From a virus (lineage: Duplodnaviria > Caudoviricetes), in IMG/VR virus record IMGVR_UViG_3300013936_000011, positions 1-64,000 of that record: DNA of 64,000 bases. One strand, 5' to 3'. The notes below the pieces were generated by a model. It did no database searches. It had not been told where the DNA came from and was given only the letters and a program-made list of their open reading frames with translations. Positions 27,418-36,332 of the stretch are shown piece by piece (the first letter of the stretch is position 1; each line of letters starts with the position of its first letter). Made by a program: the position numbers and the translations under genes.

Positions 27418-28838
27418 TGGCTATAGAAATTAGAGAAGAGGTTGATGCTCAAATAAAGTTTGTTCCTAACTATATACCAGGTAAAGATCTTAATGAATCT
27501 TTAAGTGTGAATCCAATAAGTGAGGATTCAATAATGGTAGATATAGAAGGTATACATTCTGTTATTACAAGAAATCTAAATTATTACGAGCCACACTGTT
27601 TAGAAACAAGTGTTCCTAGATGGACAGAACCTTATGAACGACCTTTAATTATGCATCATAAAGAACAAGATGGCGTAACTATAGGGAGAATTAAACAGTG
27701 TACATATGTTGATTCATGCGAAAGAACAAAAGGCCCAGGATTAGTATTCACATGTAATGTAGGTAATAAAGATGGTATAGAAGGTATTAAAAATGGTACT
27801 TTAGTTACTACTAGCATAGGTGTTATGGTTCGAGACTTACGTTGTTCTATATGTGGTAAGAATCTAGCTGAAGAAGGCGAATGTGAACATGTTAAAGGAC
27901 AAAGATATGATGGCAAATTATGTTTCTGGATTATAAAAGATATGGAACCTAAAGAATTGTCATACGTAATTGTTCCTAGTGACAAATATGCTCATAATAT
28001 AAAAATTTATAAGCCTGATGCAAAGATGCTAGGAGTATCAGAATCTTATAATAATGAAGATGAGGTGAATGAATTGTCAATTAAAGATTTGTATTACGAC
28101 GAAATCTCTAAGAGCTTAGCGATGAAAGAAGCTAAAGCATTAGAAGAAGATGGCGAAAAACCAGAGGATAAACAAGTCCCTGATCAGCCTAAACCTGAAG
28201 GTGATGAACCTAAAGACGACAAAGCTACAGAAGACAAAAAGCCTGAAAATGACAAACCAAAAGATGATAAACCTGAAGGCGAAGATCCAAAAGGTAAAGA
28301 TGAGCCAAAGGATGATCCTAAAAAAGATGATCCAGATAATGGTGATGCTGCTAAAGATGAAGACAAAGACGATGAAGCTAAAAAAGAAAACGAAGCGTTA
28401 AAAGCTGAAGTAGCAGAACTTAAAAAAGAAATAACTAAATTGAAAAAAGAAGTTACTGACCTTCAAGGTGAACGCGACAAAGAAAAAGAAACTAGAGAAG
28501 CAGTTGAATTAAAATATCTTGAAGTAAAGAAACAACAAAGAATTGCATTAGCTGAAAAGGTTAATGAAATGAGAACATCTCTTGGCCTTGAAGGTGAAAA
28601 TATTGAGATATTATCTAAATCTACTGAAGAAGCACTTAATACAAAAATAGAAGTATTAAAAGAATTCATGTGCAGTGGTCCTGAATTAGCTAAGGCATTA
28701 CCAAAAGTTAATTCTAAAATATCTATAGATGAAAGTGCTGATAACACAATTAAGCAAAATAATAAGGACAAAAAAGATAGTAATAATAACATTGAAATGC
28801 AAATGAAAGAAAAATACAACAATCTATTAAGAAGATAA
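27417..28838 (+). CDS. Prohead protease with C-terminal scaffold (acidic linker and coiled coil)
   Basis: PLIMHH...IGRI, TSIG, CSICG..CEH.KG..Y, ELSYVIVPSD. Confidence 0.82.
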   Translation: MAIEIREEVDAQIKFVPNYIPGKDLNESLSVNPISEDSIMVDIEGIHSVITRNLNYYEPHCLETSVPRWTEPYERPLIMHHKEQDGVTIGRIKQCTYVDSCERTKGPGLVFTCNVGNKDGIEGIKNGTLVTTSIGVMVRDLRCSICGKNLAEEGECEHVKGQRYDGKLCFWIIKDMEPKELSYVIVPSDKYAHNIKIYKPDAKMLGVSESYNNEDEVNELSIKDLYYDEISKSLAMKEAKALEEDGEKPEDKQVPDQPKPEGDEPKDDKATEDKKPENDKPKDDKPEGEDPKGKDEPKDDPKKDDPDNGDAAKDEDKDDEAKKENEALKAEVAELKKEITKLKKEVTDLQGERDKEKETREAVELKYLEVKKQQRIALAEKVNEMRTSLGLEGENIEILSKSTEEALNTKIEVLKEFMCSGPELAKALPKVNSKISIDESADNTIKQNNKDKKDSNNNIEMQMKEKYNNLLRR

Positions 28839-28858
28839 AAAGAGGAAGGTGAAGCGGT

Positions 28859-30457
28859 ATGGCACTAATGCCTTATACAAATATGTCTCAAGATTTTATG
28901 CAACCTGGTGCATATGGAGAGATGTTTATAAATGATGGAATACCAGGACATAGACGTGATGGGCAAAGAATAAACAGAAGTAATAATTCTTTAAACATAA
29001 ACGACCATGACGTTCTAAATTTTAAATATGGTTTAGACCCTAGACTACCTGATCAATTTAGATATGGTTGGGCTTATGGTTACAATGCAATGGTTATACC
29101 TAAAGGTAGAATAGTTGCAGCTGACCCTTATTTAATGGTAATGGATACAGACACTAACCACTATTTAAATGCTGTTACTATAGCTAATGGTGGTAAAAAT
29201 GTAAGATTAGCACAACCTGCTGACTTTGAAGCTGGTGGAAGTTTAGAAAAATACACTGGTGTTGCTGAATTCCTAATAGGAAAAATATGGGTTGAACTTG
29301 ATGGCGAAATAAACGAAGATGAAGATTTCTTAAAAGCTAACGGCGGTAACGTAGGTGTTGGCGGTGTAGCTAGAAGAGACGTAAGACCTGGTAATATACC
29401 AGTTGGTATATTAGAAAGAAATGAATATACTAGATTCGCTGATGCTTTCAATGGTATAACTTTTGGTCCTATCAGAACTGATGCAATAGTAGAATTACCT
29501 TGGTTCATAGAAGGAGAAAAAGCTCTTAAAAATCCATGGGGTTCAGTTGTAGGTAATGTAAAACCTGGTGATGAAGTATGCTCTGATGAAAATGGTAGAT
29601 TTGTATTATCACCATTATCTAAGAGACATCCTGATCATGCAGCAGTTATGGCTGACATGGAATTATACGAAGAAGCAAGAAGACAAGTTATAGGTGAAGT
29701 ATATGCTACAGATGCATCACTATTACCAGAAGGTGCTGCTAGATTTGCTCAATGGGCTTTAGACGACAGATTAAGATTCAATGATTACAATCCTTACATA
29801 TATCCAACTTCTAATAGAGCTGGTGAAGATTTTGTAGAAAATCCTCCAACTTTATATCAATCAGATTTTAGATATCCTGGATATCCTTACGATAGAACTC
29901 CAATGATGAATGATTTACATATGTTAGCTTCTTCAAGAGAAGGATTATATAGCAGCAGATTTGATGAAGCTCATAGATTAGATAGAGGTATTCCTGGTCT
30001 ATTAGATGGTACTAACGCAGTAGTAAAAGCTTATGGTTCATCTGAAAAATCAGGAGATATAGAATTAGCAGGAGATCCTTTATTAAAAGTATCTACTATA
30101 GGTGTATTAGCTGATCAAGCTGATATAGATGATCCAGAAAGAAGAGAAATACCTATTATATTCCCAAGTACTAAATTAGAATCTTTAAAAGTACAAATAG
30201 GTAAAGATACTGCAGATAGTTGTATCATAACTGAAACTTTAGCACCTGGTGCTGTATTAGAATGTGGTAAATTCGATATAGTTTACGCTGACTTACATAA
30301 AGGTTTAATAATGATAAAACAAAGAGAAGTAGCTGACAAAGCTGACATGAAATGTCCAGTTTACGGTGCATATGTTAAACGTGGCGAAGCAGGGGTTCCA
30401 ACTAATCTAGACTGGGACGGATGCAAAGGTACAGTAAGAATATTAATGACTAAATAG
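28859..30457 (+). CDS. Capsid-associated structural protein (decoration/auxiliary)
   Basis: Between protease and major capsid gene; IPKGRIV and KPGDEV.SDENGRF patterns. Confidence 0.55.
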   Translation: MALMPYTNMSQDFMQPGAYGEMFINDGIPGHRRDGQRINRSNNSLNINDHDVLNFKYGLDPRLPDQFRYGWAYGYNAMVIPKGRIVAADPYLMVMDTDTNHYLNAVTIANGGKNVRLAQPADFEAGGSLEKYTGVAEFLIGKIWVELDGEINEDEDFLKANGGNVGVGGVARRDVRPGNIPVGILERNEYTRFADAFNGITFGPIRTDAIVELPWFIEGEKALKNPWGSVVGNVKPGDEVCSDENGRFVLSPLSKRHPDHAAVMADMELYEEARRQVIGEVYATDASLLPEGAARFAQWALDDRLRFNDYNPYIYPTSNRAGEDFVENPPTLYQSDFRYPGYPYDRTPMMNDLHMLASSREGLYSSRFDEAHRLDRGIPGLLDGTNAVVKAYGSSEKSGDIELAGDPLLKVSTIGVLADQADIDDPERREIPIIFPSTKLESLKVQIGKDTADSCIITETLAPGAVLECGKFDIVYADLHKGLIMIKQREVADKADMKCPVYGAYVKRGEAGVPTNLDWDGCKGTVRILMTK

Positions 30458-30479
30458 AAACAGATAGGAGGATTTTGAT

Positions 30480-31727
30480 ATGAGTTTAAACAGTTTTTTA
30501 AATGAAATAAACGAGCTTAAACAAGACGTAAAAGAAGCTGTTTCTGAAGGTGTAGCACCCGTAGTTACTAAAGAAGGTTTCGACTCTATGGAAAAAATGG
30601 TTAGAAACGCTTATGGAGATTATTCTAAAGGTGCTATGACTATAAAAGAAGCAATAACTACTACAGATACAATAAAATTAATACCTAAAGTAATAGAAGG
30701 AAAATTAAGAGAAGCTATGGAACCTACTTATTTAGGTACACAGTTTTTCCAAAAAGTAAGAGTAGATGGTGGTTCATCAGCTGTATATGTAATTCCAGTA
30801 GTTGGGGAATTAATAGCTTATGAAGTTGGTGAAGGTACTAAGTACCAAGAATCAAGAGCAGACGTTAACACTTTAGAAAACGCAACTCTTGAAATCAGAG
30901 TTAAAAAATTCGGTGTAAGAGTTTCAATGACTGAAGAAGCTATAAACGATTCTTCTTGGGATATACTTGGTATAAACTTAAGAAAAATGGGTCAAGCAAT
31001 GGGAAGAATAAAAGAAGAACAAATATTCAATAACTTCTCTCAACATGGTAAACCTATTTTTGATAATAATTTAAGACAACAATTACCTGAAGCTGGTACT
31101 ACTGGTTTAGGTAAAGATGGTAACTATAATGACACATTAGCTGTTGAAGATTTATTAGATTTAGCAATGGCTTTATTAGGCCAAGGATTTAATCCTACAG
31201 ATGTTATAATGCATCCACTTGTTTGGGTTGTATTTGCTAGAAATAACATGATAGGCAATGGTTTAACTTATGGTGCATTAGGTGGTAACTATGTTCATCC
31301 TAATGGTGCTATACAAGGTACACCTGCTGCATTTGGTATGGCTAATAATGGCGACGGTCAAAAATTCATAATGAGACCTGACCAAATACAAGGTAGAATA
31401 CCTGTAATGGGATTAACAGTAAGCTTCTCTCCATGGATTCATTTTGATAAAATGGGCAAAAAATTTGATATGTATTGCTTAGATAGAGAAGAAGTTGGTA
31501 TAATCGCACAACGTGAAGAATTAAGTATGGACGACTGGGTAGATCCAGAAAGAGATATCAAATTACTTAAATGTAAAGAAAGATATGGTATAGGATTATT
31601 AAATAATGGTAGAGCTATAACAGTAGCTAAGAATATAGCAGTAGCTCCATCTTATCCAGCTCAACCTGTTATAAATGTAAGAGCTACAGAATCAGGTATA
31701 GGATATCCAGATAGACCTACTAATTAA
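30480..31727 (+). CDS. Major capsid protein (HK97-fold)
   Basis: LIPKVIE, AYEVGEG..Y, KKFGVRVSMTEEAINDS, TDVIMHP, KERYG; size and position. Confidence 0.88.
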   Translation: MSLNSFLNEINELKQDVKEAVSEGVAPVVTKEGFDSMEKMVRNAYGDYSKGAMTIKEAITTTDTIKLIPKVIEGKLREAMEPTYLGTQFFQKVRVDGGSSAVYVIPVVGELIAYEVGEGTKYQESRADVNTLENATLEIRVKKFGVRVSMTEEAINDSSWDILGINLRKMGQAMGRIKEEQIFNNFSQHGKPIFDNNLRQQLPEAGTTGLGKDGNYNDTLAVEDLLDLAMALLGQGFNPTDVIMHPLVWVVFARNNMIGNGLTYGALGGNYVHPNGAIQGTPAAFGMANNGDGQKFIMRPDQIQGRIPVMGLTVSFSPWIHFDKMGKKFDMYCLDREEVGIIAQREELSMDDWVDPERDIKLLKCKERYGIGLLNNGRAITVAKNIAVAPSYPAQPVINVRATESGIGYPDRPTN

Positions 31728-31749
31728 TTATAGAAATTGAGGTGATACA

Positions 31750-32247
31750 ATGAAACGAGCTATAGCTAAAATCAGATTAGCACCTGGCAACGCTGGTTGG
31801 TTTGATCCTCTAACTAATATATATTTAACTTTATCTGAAAAAGAATGTTTCGTATATAATGATCAAGATACTTCAAATATACGTAAAGCAATTAAAGAAA
31901 ATAAACTGGAATTGAAGGAAGGACGACTTCCTTCTCCAGTTTCTAAAGACAAAAAAGAAGTGGTTAAAAAAAAGTCTGTAAATAAACTAGAAGAACCAGA
32001 ACAAGTTAAAGATGAAGTTATAGAAAAGATAGAGGTTATAGAAGAAAAGAAGGAAGAAGTAAAGGCCGAAAGACCTAGAAAAAAAGTTAAAAGAAAACCA
32101 GATGATTCTAATAAGCTACTAAAACAAGAAGAGGAAGTAAAGGAAGAAGAAGCGAAAAAAGAAGAAGTTCCTGATGAAAGTCCACTTGCTAAAGTAGCAG
32201 AGCTTATTAAAGAAAAAGATAAGGCTGAAGAAAATAACAATGGCTAA
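31750..32247 (+). CDS. Hypothetical head-associated protein, Lys/Glu-rich C-half
   Basis: ORF with GAGG SD after the capsid gene. Confidence 0.75.
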   Translation: MKRAIAKIRLAPGNAGWFDPLTNIYLTLSEKECFVYNDQDTSNIRKAIKENKLELKEGRLPSPVSKDKKEVVKKKSVNKLEEPEQVKDEVIEKIEVIEEKKEEVKAERPRKKVKRKPDDSNKLLKQEEEVKEEEAKKEEVPDESPLAKVAELIKEKDKAEENNNG

Positions 32248-33262
32248 TGTTCAAAATGTATTTTGTATTACTGGAATAGATACTAATTTTTCTAAAAAAA
32301 CAATAATTATCGAAACTAATTTTCATGTTGATGCAAATACTGTAGATTTAGATACAGTTAGAGTTTATAGTATAAACAACGAAGTTGATATTGAATTACC
32401 ACAGACAATTAAAATAAGAGGTAAAAAGATATATGTATACTTAGAAGATTTTCCTACTCCTAATGAATCTTATTATTTAATAGTAAGAAACATAAAGGAT
32501 AAACTAGGAAGAGTATTAGCAGACGCTTTTGATAAACGTATTTATTTCGATTTTGGATCTATGGGTGAACTTAAAATAGTATCACCTAAAGACCAATATT
32601 TGCACACAATTAAAGACGAGCCTATAAGGATTAAATTAGCTATATCTAACGAAGATACTGAAACTAAATATAGATTCGAGATTTCGTCTGATATAGCTTT
32701 TTTTAATAAAGAAACAATTCTAATTAGTAATAGTAAAGCTATAGAAATGCCTAATAATTCTATGTACGAATTAGGAGATGTATCAAAAGAAAATATAGTA
32801 TATGCGACAGACGAAAAAGGAAATGTTCTCGTTGATGAAAATGGTACACGTGTTATTGAATCTAGTGAGATTGTAGTTAACTTATTCATTAAGAAAAATG
32901 AGATATTCTACTTAAGAGCTAGATTAGAAAAGACTGAAAATTACTTCAGTGATTGGAGTGAAATGGTACAATTCCAGACTTGTTATACAGCTCCATTAGA
33001 AGATGAATCTGGTTATTTAGATGATAATGTTATATCTAACAGAGAAGCTTTTGAAGACTTTTTATCTTATGAAGATATGTTTGCTGAAGAAGATGAGGTA
33101 GCTCCTGAGATAGTAAGTAAATCTGAAATAGGTAAAACAAATCAAGAGTTCTATGTTGAATACAATAAAAATATTAAATTTAAGAAAACTGATGAATCGC
33201 AGTTTACTGAGGATGGTTTATTATATATAGGAAAAACATTTATGACAAGGAGGGATTTATAA
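32240..33262 (+). CDS. Hypothetical virion protein (beta-rich)
   Basis: ORF, translationally coupled within the head-neck cluster. Confidence 0.7.
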   Translation: MANVQNVFCITGIDTNFSKKTIIIETNFHVDANTVDLDTVRVYSINNEVDIELPQTIKIRGKKIYVYLEDFPTPNESYYLIVRNIKDKLGRVLADAFDKRIYFDFGSMGELKIVSPKDQYLHTIKDEPIRIKLAISNEDTETKYRFEISSDIAFFNKETILISNSKAIEMPNNSMYELGDVSKENIVYATDEKGNVLVDENGTRVIESSEIVVNLFIKKNEIFYLRARLEKTENYFSDWSEMVQFQTCYTAPLEDESGYLDDNVISNREAFEDFLSYEDMFAEEDEVAPEIVSKSEIGKTNQEFYVEYNKNIKFKKTDESQFTEDGLLYIGKTFMTRRDL

Positions 33263-34005
33263 TGGCTCAATTCGAATTTCCAGATGACAAACCTAGGGTA
33301 CTAGCTGGACGTGAAAAGATACCTGTGTATATGTTTATTGATCCAGATGAGCCTAACATTGTATATTTCCAACATAATGATCAAGTAGAGATACTTGATA
33401 ATAGTGAGTATACATTAAACGTCCCTTCTTTTGAATTTGAAGATGGTACTACTAGTGCTAAAGAAAGTATAAAGGTAACAACTGAATTAAAACCAATGTA
33501 TGTATCAATACAAGATGTGAAGAGTTTAGCTGGAGGGCTTCCATTAGAAGATGCAGATATTGCTTATCATATAAGACAAGCTAGCTTAATAGCTGAATAC
33601 TGGTCATGCAAAGATTCTGAACTTGTACCAGAAAAGTTAGCTGATATATTTGGTACTACAGAACAAATAAAAGAGGATTATTATCCTTTTCATATGTTCA
33701 TTAAATATCAAGCTGTAGTTGATTGCATACGTGAGTTTTATATAGCAGCTGTAGCAAGACCTTCTGAATATCATGATGTATTATCAGATTTAGAGAGAAA
33801 AGAAAAGATGGATCTTGGCGCTATTAAAGATTTATTAGATGCTTTAACTGGAGAAGCTGAAGATTGGTTGGCATATGTAGTAACAATTACTGCAGATCCT
33901 CAATGGGCATTACGTGGTAAATACTCATACGCTATTACTAATAAATCTTATAAACCTTATCACCCTACTCTACTTGATAGAGGCGGATGGAACAGGGGGT
34001 ATTAG
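33262..34005 (+). CDS. Probable head-tail adaptor
   Basis: Position; YVSIQDVK motif typical of adaptor N-termini. Confidence 0.5.
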   Translation: MAQFEFPDDKPRVLAGREKIPVYMFIDPDEPNIVYFQHNDQVEILDNSEYTLNVPSFEFEDGTTSAKESIKVTTELKPMYVSIQDVKSLAGGLPLEDADIAYHIRQASLIAEYWSCKDSELVPEKLADIFGTTEQIKEDYYPFHMFIKYQAVVDCIREFYIAAVARPSEYHDVLSDLERKEKMDLGAIKDLLDALTGEAEDWLAYVVTITADPQWALRGKYSYAITNKSYKPYHPTLLDRGGWNRGY

Positions 34006-34008
34006 AAT

Positions 34009-34479
34009 ATGAAAACAGACGAAATTAATGAAAAAACTGTCCGATTGTTACTTAATAGATATGGATATTATTTCTATATTATAAAAAGGATACCTAATAC
34101 TAGATGTACATGTGTAGACCCTACAACCAAAGATCCCGATTTATCATGTAAAAAATGTCTAGGATTAGGTACAAGGGTTAAAATAAAAAAAGTATTTGGT
34201 GCCATTCGTGAATCACAAGAACGTGAAACTAGTGTTGCACAAAATATATCTTCTACTCCTAAAATAGTATATATAGACGGATTAGAATATGTAAATAAAG
34301 ATGATGTCGTCATAGATTCTGAAAATGTATATAATGTATTGCATATACAATATCATAGAGGAGGTAAAGGTAGTCAACAATTTACCAGACTAGTATGTCC
34401 TAATAGAAAAAGTAATACTGCTAAATTTGCTAAAAATTTTAAAGAGGTTTTACATGATCATAAATTACGAAAAAAATAA
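34009..34479 (+). CDS. Probable head-closure/neck protein with a Zn ribbon
   Basis: CTC...CKKCLGLG motif; position. Confidence 0.55.
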   Translation: MKTDEINEKTVRLLLNRYGYYFYIIKRIPNTRCTCVDPTTKDPDLSCKKCLGLGTRVKIKKVFGAIRESQERETSVAQNISSTPKIVYIDGLEYVNKDDVVIDSENVYNVLHIQYHRGGKGSQQFTRLVCPNRKSNTAKFAKNFKEVLHDHKLRKK

Positions 34480-35518
34480 TATTAATTATAAGTCTAGTAT
34501 TAACATAAATTACAATGAAATGAGCATTGTTCTATTAGGTCCAGCAGATACCATGAATGAAAAATGTAATATTATAAATCCTATGAGTCTAGATAATGCG
34601 ATAATATTATATGGCGAAGATTCTGATTTAGCACAAGCTTATAAACAGGCTTACGCTATAACAGATACTCTTAACATATTTACAGTTAATTGTCAAACTG
34701 TATCTGATTATATAAATATTATAGATGACTTAATACAGTATGATTTTACATTTATAGTTCCTATTGGTATATATCTTAGTGATACATTCTATGACCCATC
34801 AACACAAAGAACGCGAAGTTTTGTATTTTATTATCTTGAAACTTTAAAAAATGTTAATAGTTTAGCTACTTTAATCATGACAGATAAACATGCTGAACTA
34901 TATGAAGATATCGATGATTATCTAACAAAGATGAAGAAAGTATGGAATACTATAAAGCGTAGAACAGGCTTTATGTCTTTATTAACAAACTATGGTTCTA
35001 ACTTATTAATAACTCTTAATATGCTAAAAGATATTAAATACAGCAATGTTATATTAAGCGCACTTCTAGCATCTTGTGACTTACCTAATTATCCTAAATC
35101 TATAAATTATACGCCAATCTATGATTTAGATGTTAACGATCTAACAGGACTTAGCGATTTCATTCATTTTAAATATAATTACATGACTGAAAGCACAAGT
35201 ATAGAAAATCTAGTTAACTGTAGAACAACTAGAAATATCTATAAAAATGCAATAATAGACATGATAATTAAAAAGGTTATTAAAGTAATGGACTTAAATG
35301 AATATAAAGGTAAGTTATATAATGCCTATACTAAGCTGCAAATCTCAAATAAAATTACTAATGTTTTAAAGCCATATATCAATAAACTTTTCAAATCATA
35401 TGAATTAATAAATATCGGATTTGTTAAAACAGGTCCTAGCTTTGGTTATATATATATAGAACTATCTATTATTCCGTTTGGATCAATTGAAGAATTAAAA
35501 GTTGTAATGGAGGTTTAG
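34454..35518 (+). CDS. Short tail-sheath paralogue, about 354 aa
   Basis: Both ends align by eye with the 988-aa sheath; GAGG at 34444 favours the ATG at 34454. Confidence 0.6.
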   Translation: MIINYEKNNINYKSSININYNEMSIVLLGPADTMNEKCNIINPMSLDNAIILYGEDSDLAQAYKQAYAITDTLNIFTVNCQTVSDYINIIDDLIQYDFTFIVPIGIYLSDTFYDPSTQRTRSFVFYYLETLKNVNSLATLIMTDKHAELYEDIDDYLTKMKKVWNTIKRRTGFMSLLTNYGSNLLITLNMLKDIKYSNVILSALLASCDLPNYPKSINYTPIYDLDVNDLTGLSDFIHFKYNYMTESTSIENLVNCRTTRNIYKNAIIDMIIKKVIKVMDLNEYKGKLYNAYTKLQISNKITNVLKPYINKLFKSYELINIGFVKTGPSFGYIYIELSIIPFGSIEELKVVMEV

Positions 35519-35521
35519 GAT

Positions 35522-36310
35522 ATGAAACAAGATGATTTTAAACAACTTGAAGACATATTAACCACATTAGATGTTACTCTATTAAATCGACACTCATACA
35601 TACAAAACGAATTTGATAGCATACCAACAAGTGATTTAGAAACAAAGAAGAAAAGATTAAGAGCTCAAGGTAATGCTCAGGTCAGAGATTTTGTATCAAT
35701 GGTAGGGTTAATAGTGGAGTCAATATTTGAAGATCAACATGTCGAATACTTACCATATGAAAAAACATACAGCGTACGTGAAGATATGGATCAAACTATA
35801 ACACATCCTTATATAGCATGGAGAATAGTTCACAGAGAATATAGAGATAAATCAGCTTTGGGTCCTTATATCAGAGACACATTAATAGATGATGAAGGGC
35901 GTACAGGAGAGGTAAGTTCAGAGTGTTTTCAAACTAGAGTTAGATTTTACATAATTAATACAGAAATGAATTTATGTTGGGATCTAATGGATGAGTTTGA
36001 AGATATGTTAATTGAATATAAACCACATATTAAGAAACAGGGTATAGTTAATTATTATTTCGATCAACAACTAGAAGATGATTTTGCACAAGACTTCAGA
36101 GATATCGTCTCTATCTTAACCCTTGACTACATAATATTAACAGAAAAAAATAGGGTAATATTTAGAGAGAATACAAAAAGTATTTTGCTTCGTGGAGAAG
36201 CTGTTAACGAAGATGGTTCACCAATAACAGCTAGCGGTAAAGTATATACCGATAATGAAGAAGAGGTATTAGCTTCATTAAAAAATAATACTGATATTAA
36301 TAGAAAATAA
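35522..36310 (+). CDS. Probable tail terminator/completion protein
   Basis: Position immediately before the sheath; PYIAWR motif. Confidence 0.45.
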   Translation: MKQDDFKQLEDILTTLDVTLLNRHSYIQNEFDSIPTSDLETKKKRLRAQGNAQVRDFVSMVGLIVESIFEDQHVEYLPYEKTYSVREDMDQTITHPYIAWRIVHREYRDKSALGPYIRDTLIDDEGRTGEVSSECFQTRVRFYIINTEMNLCWDLMDEFEDMLIEYKPHIKKQGIVNYYFDQQLEDDFAQDFRDIVSILTLDYIILTEKNRVIFRENTKSILLRGEAVNEDGSPITASGKVYTDNEEEVLASLKNNTDINRK

Positions 36311-36332
36311 ATACATAAGGAGGATAAAACCT

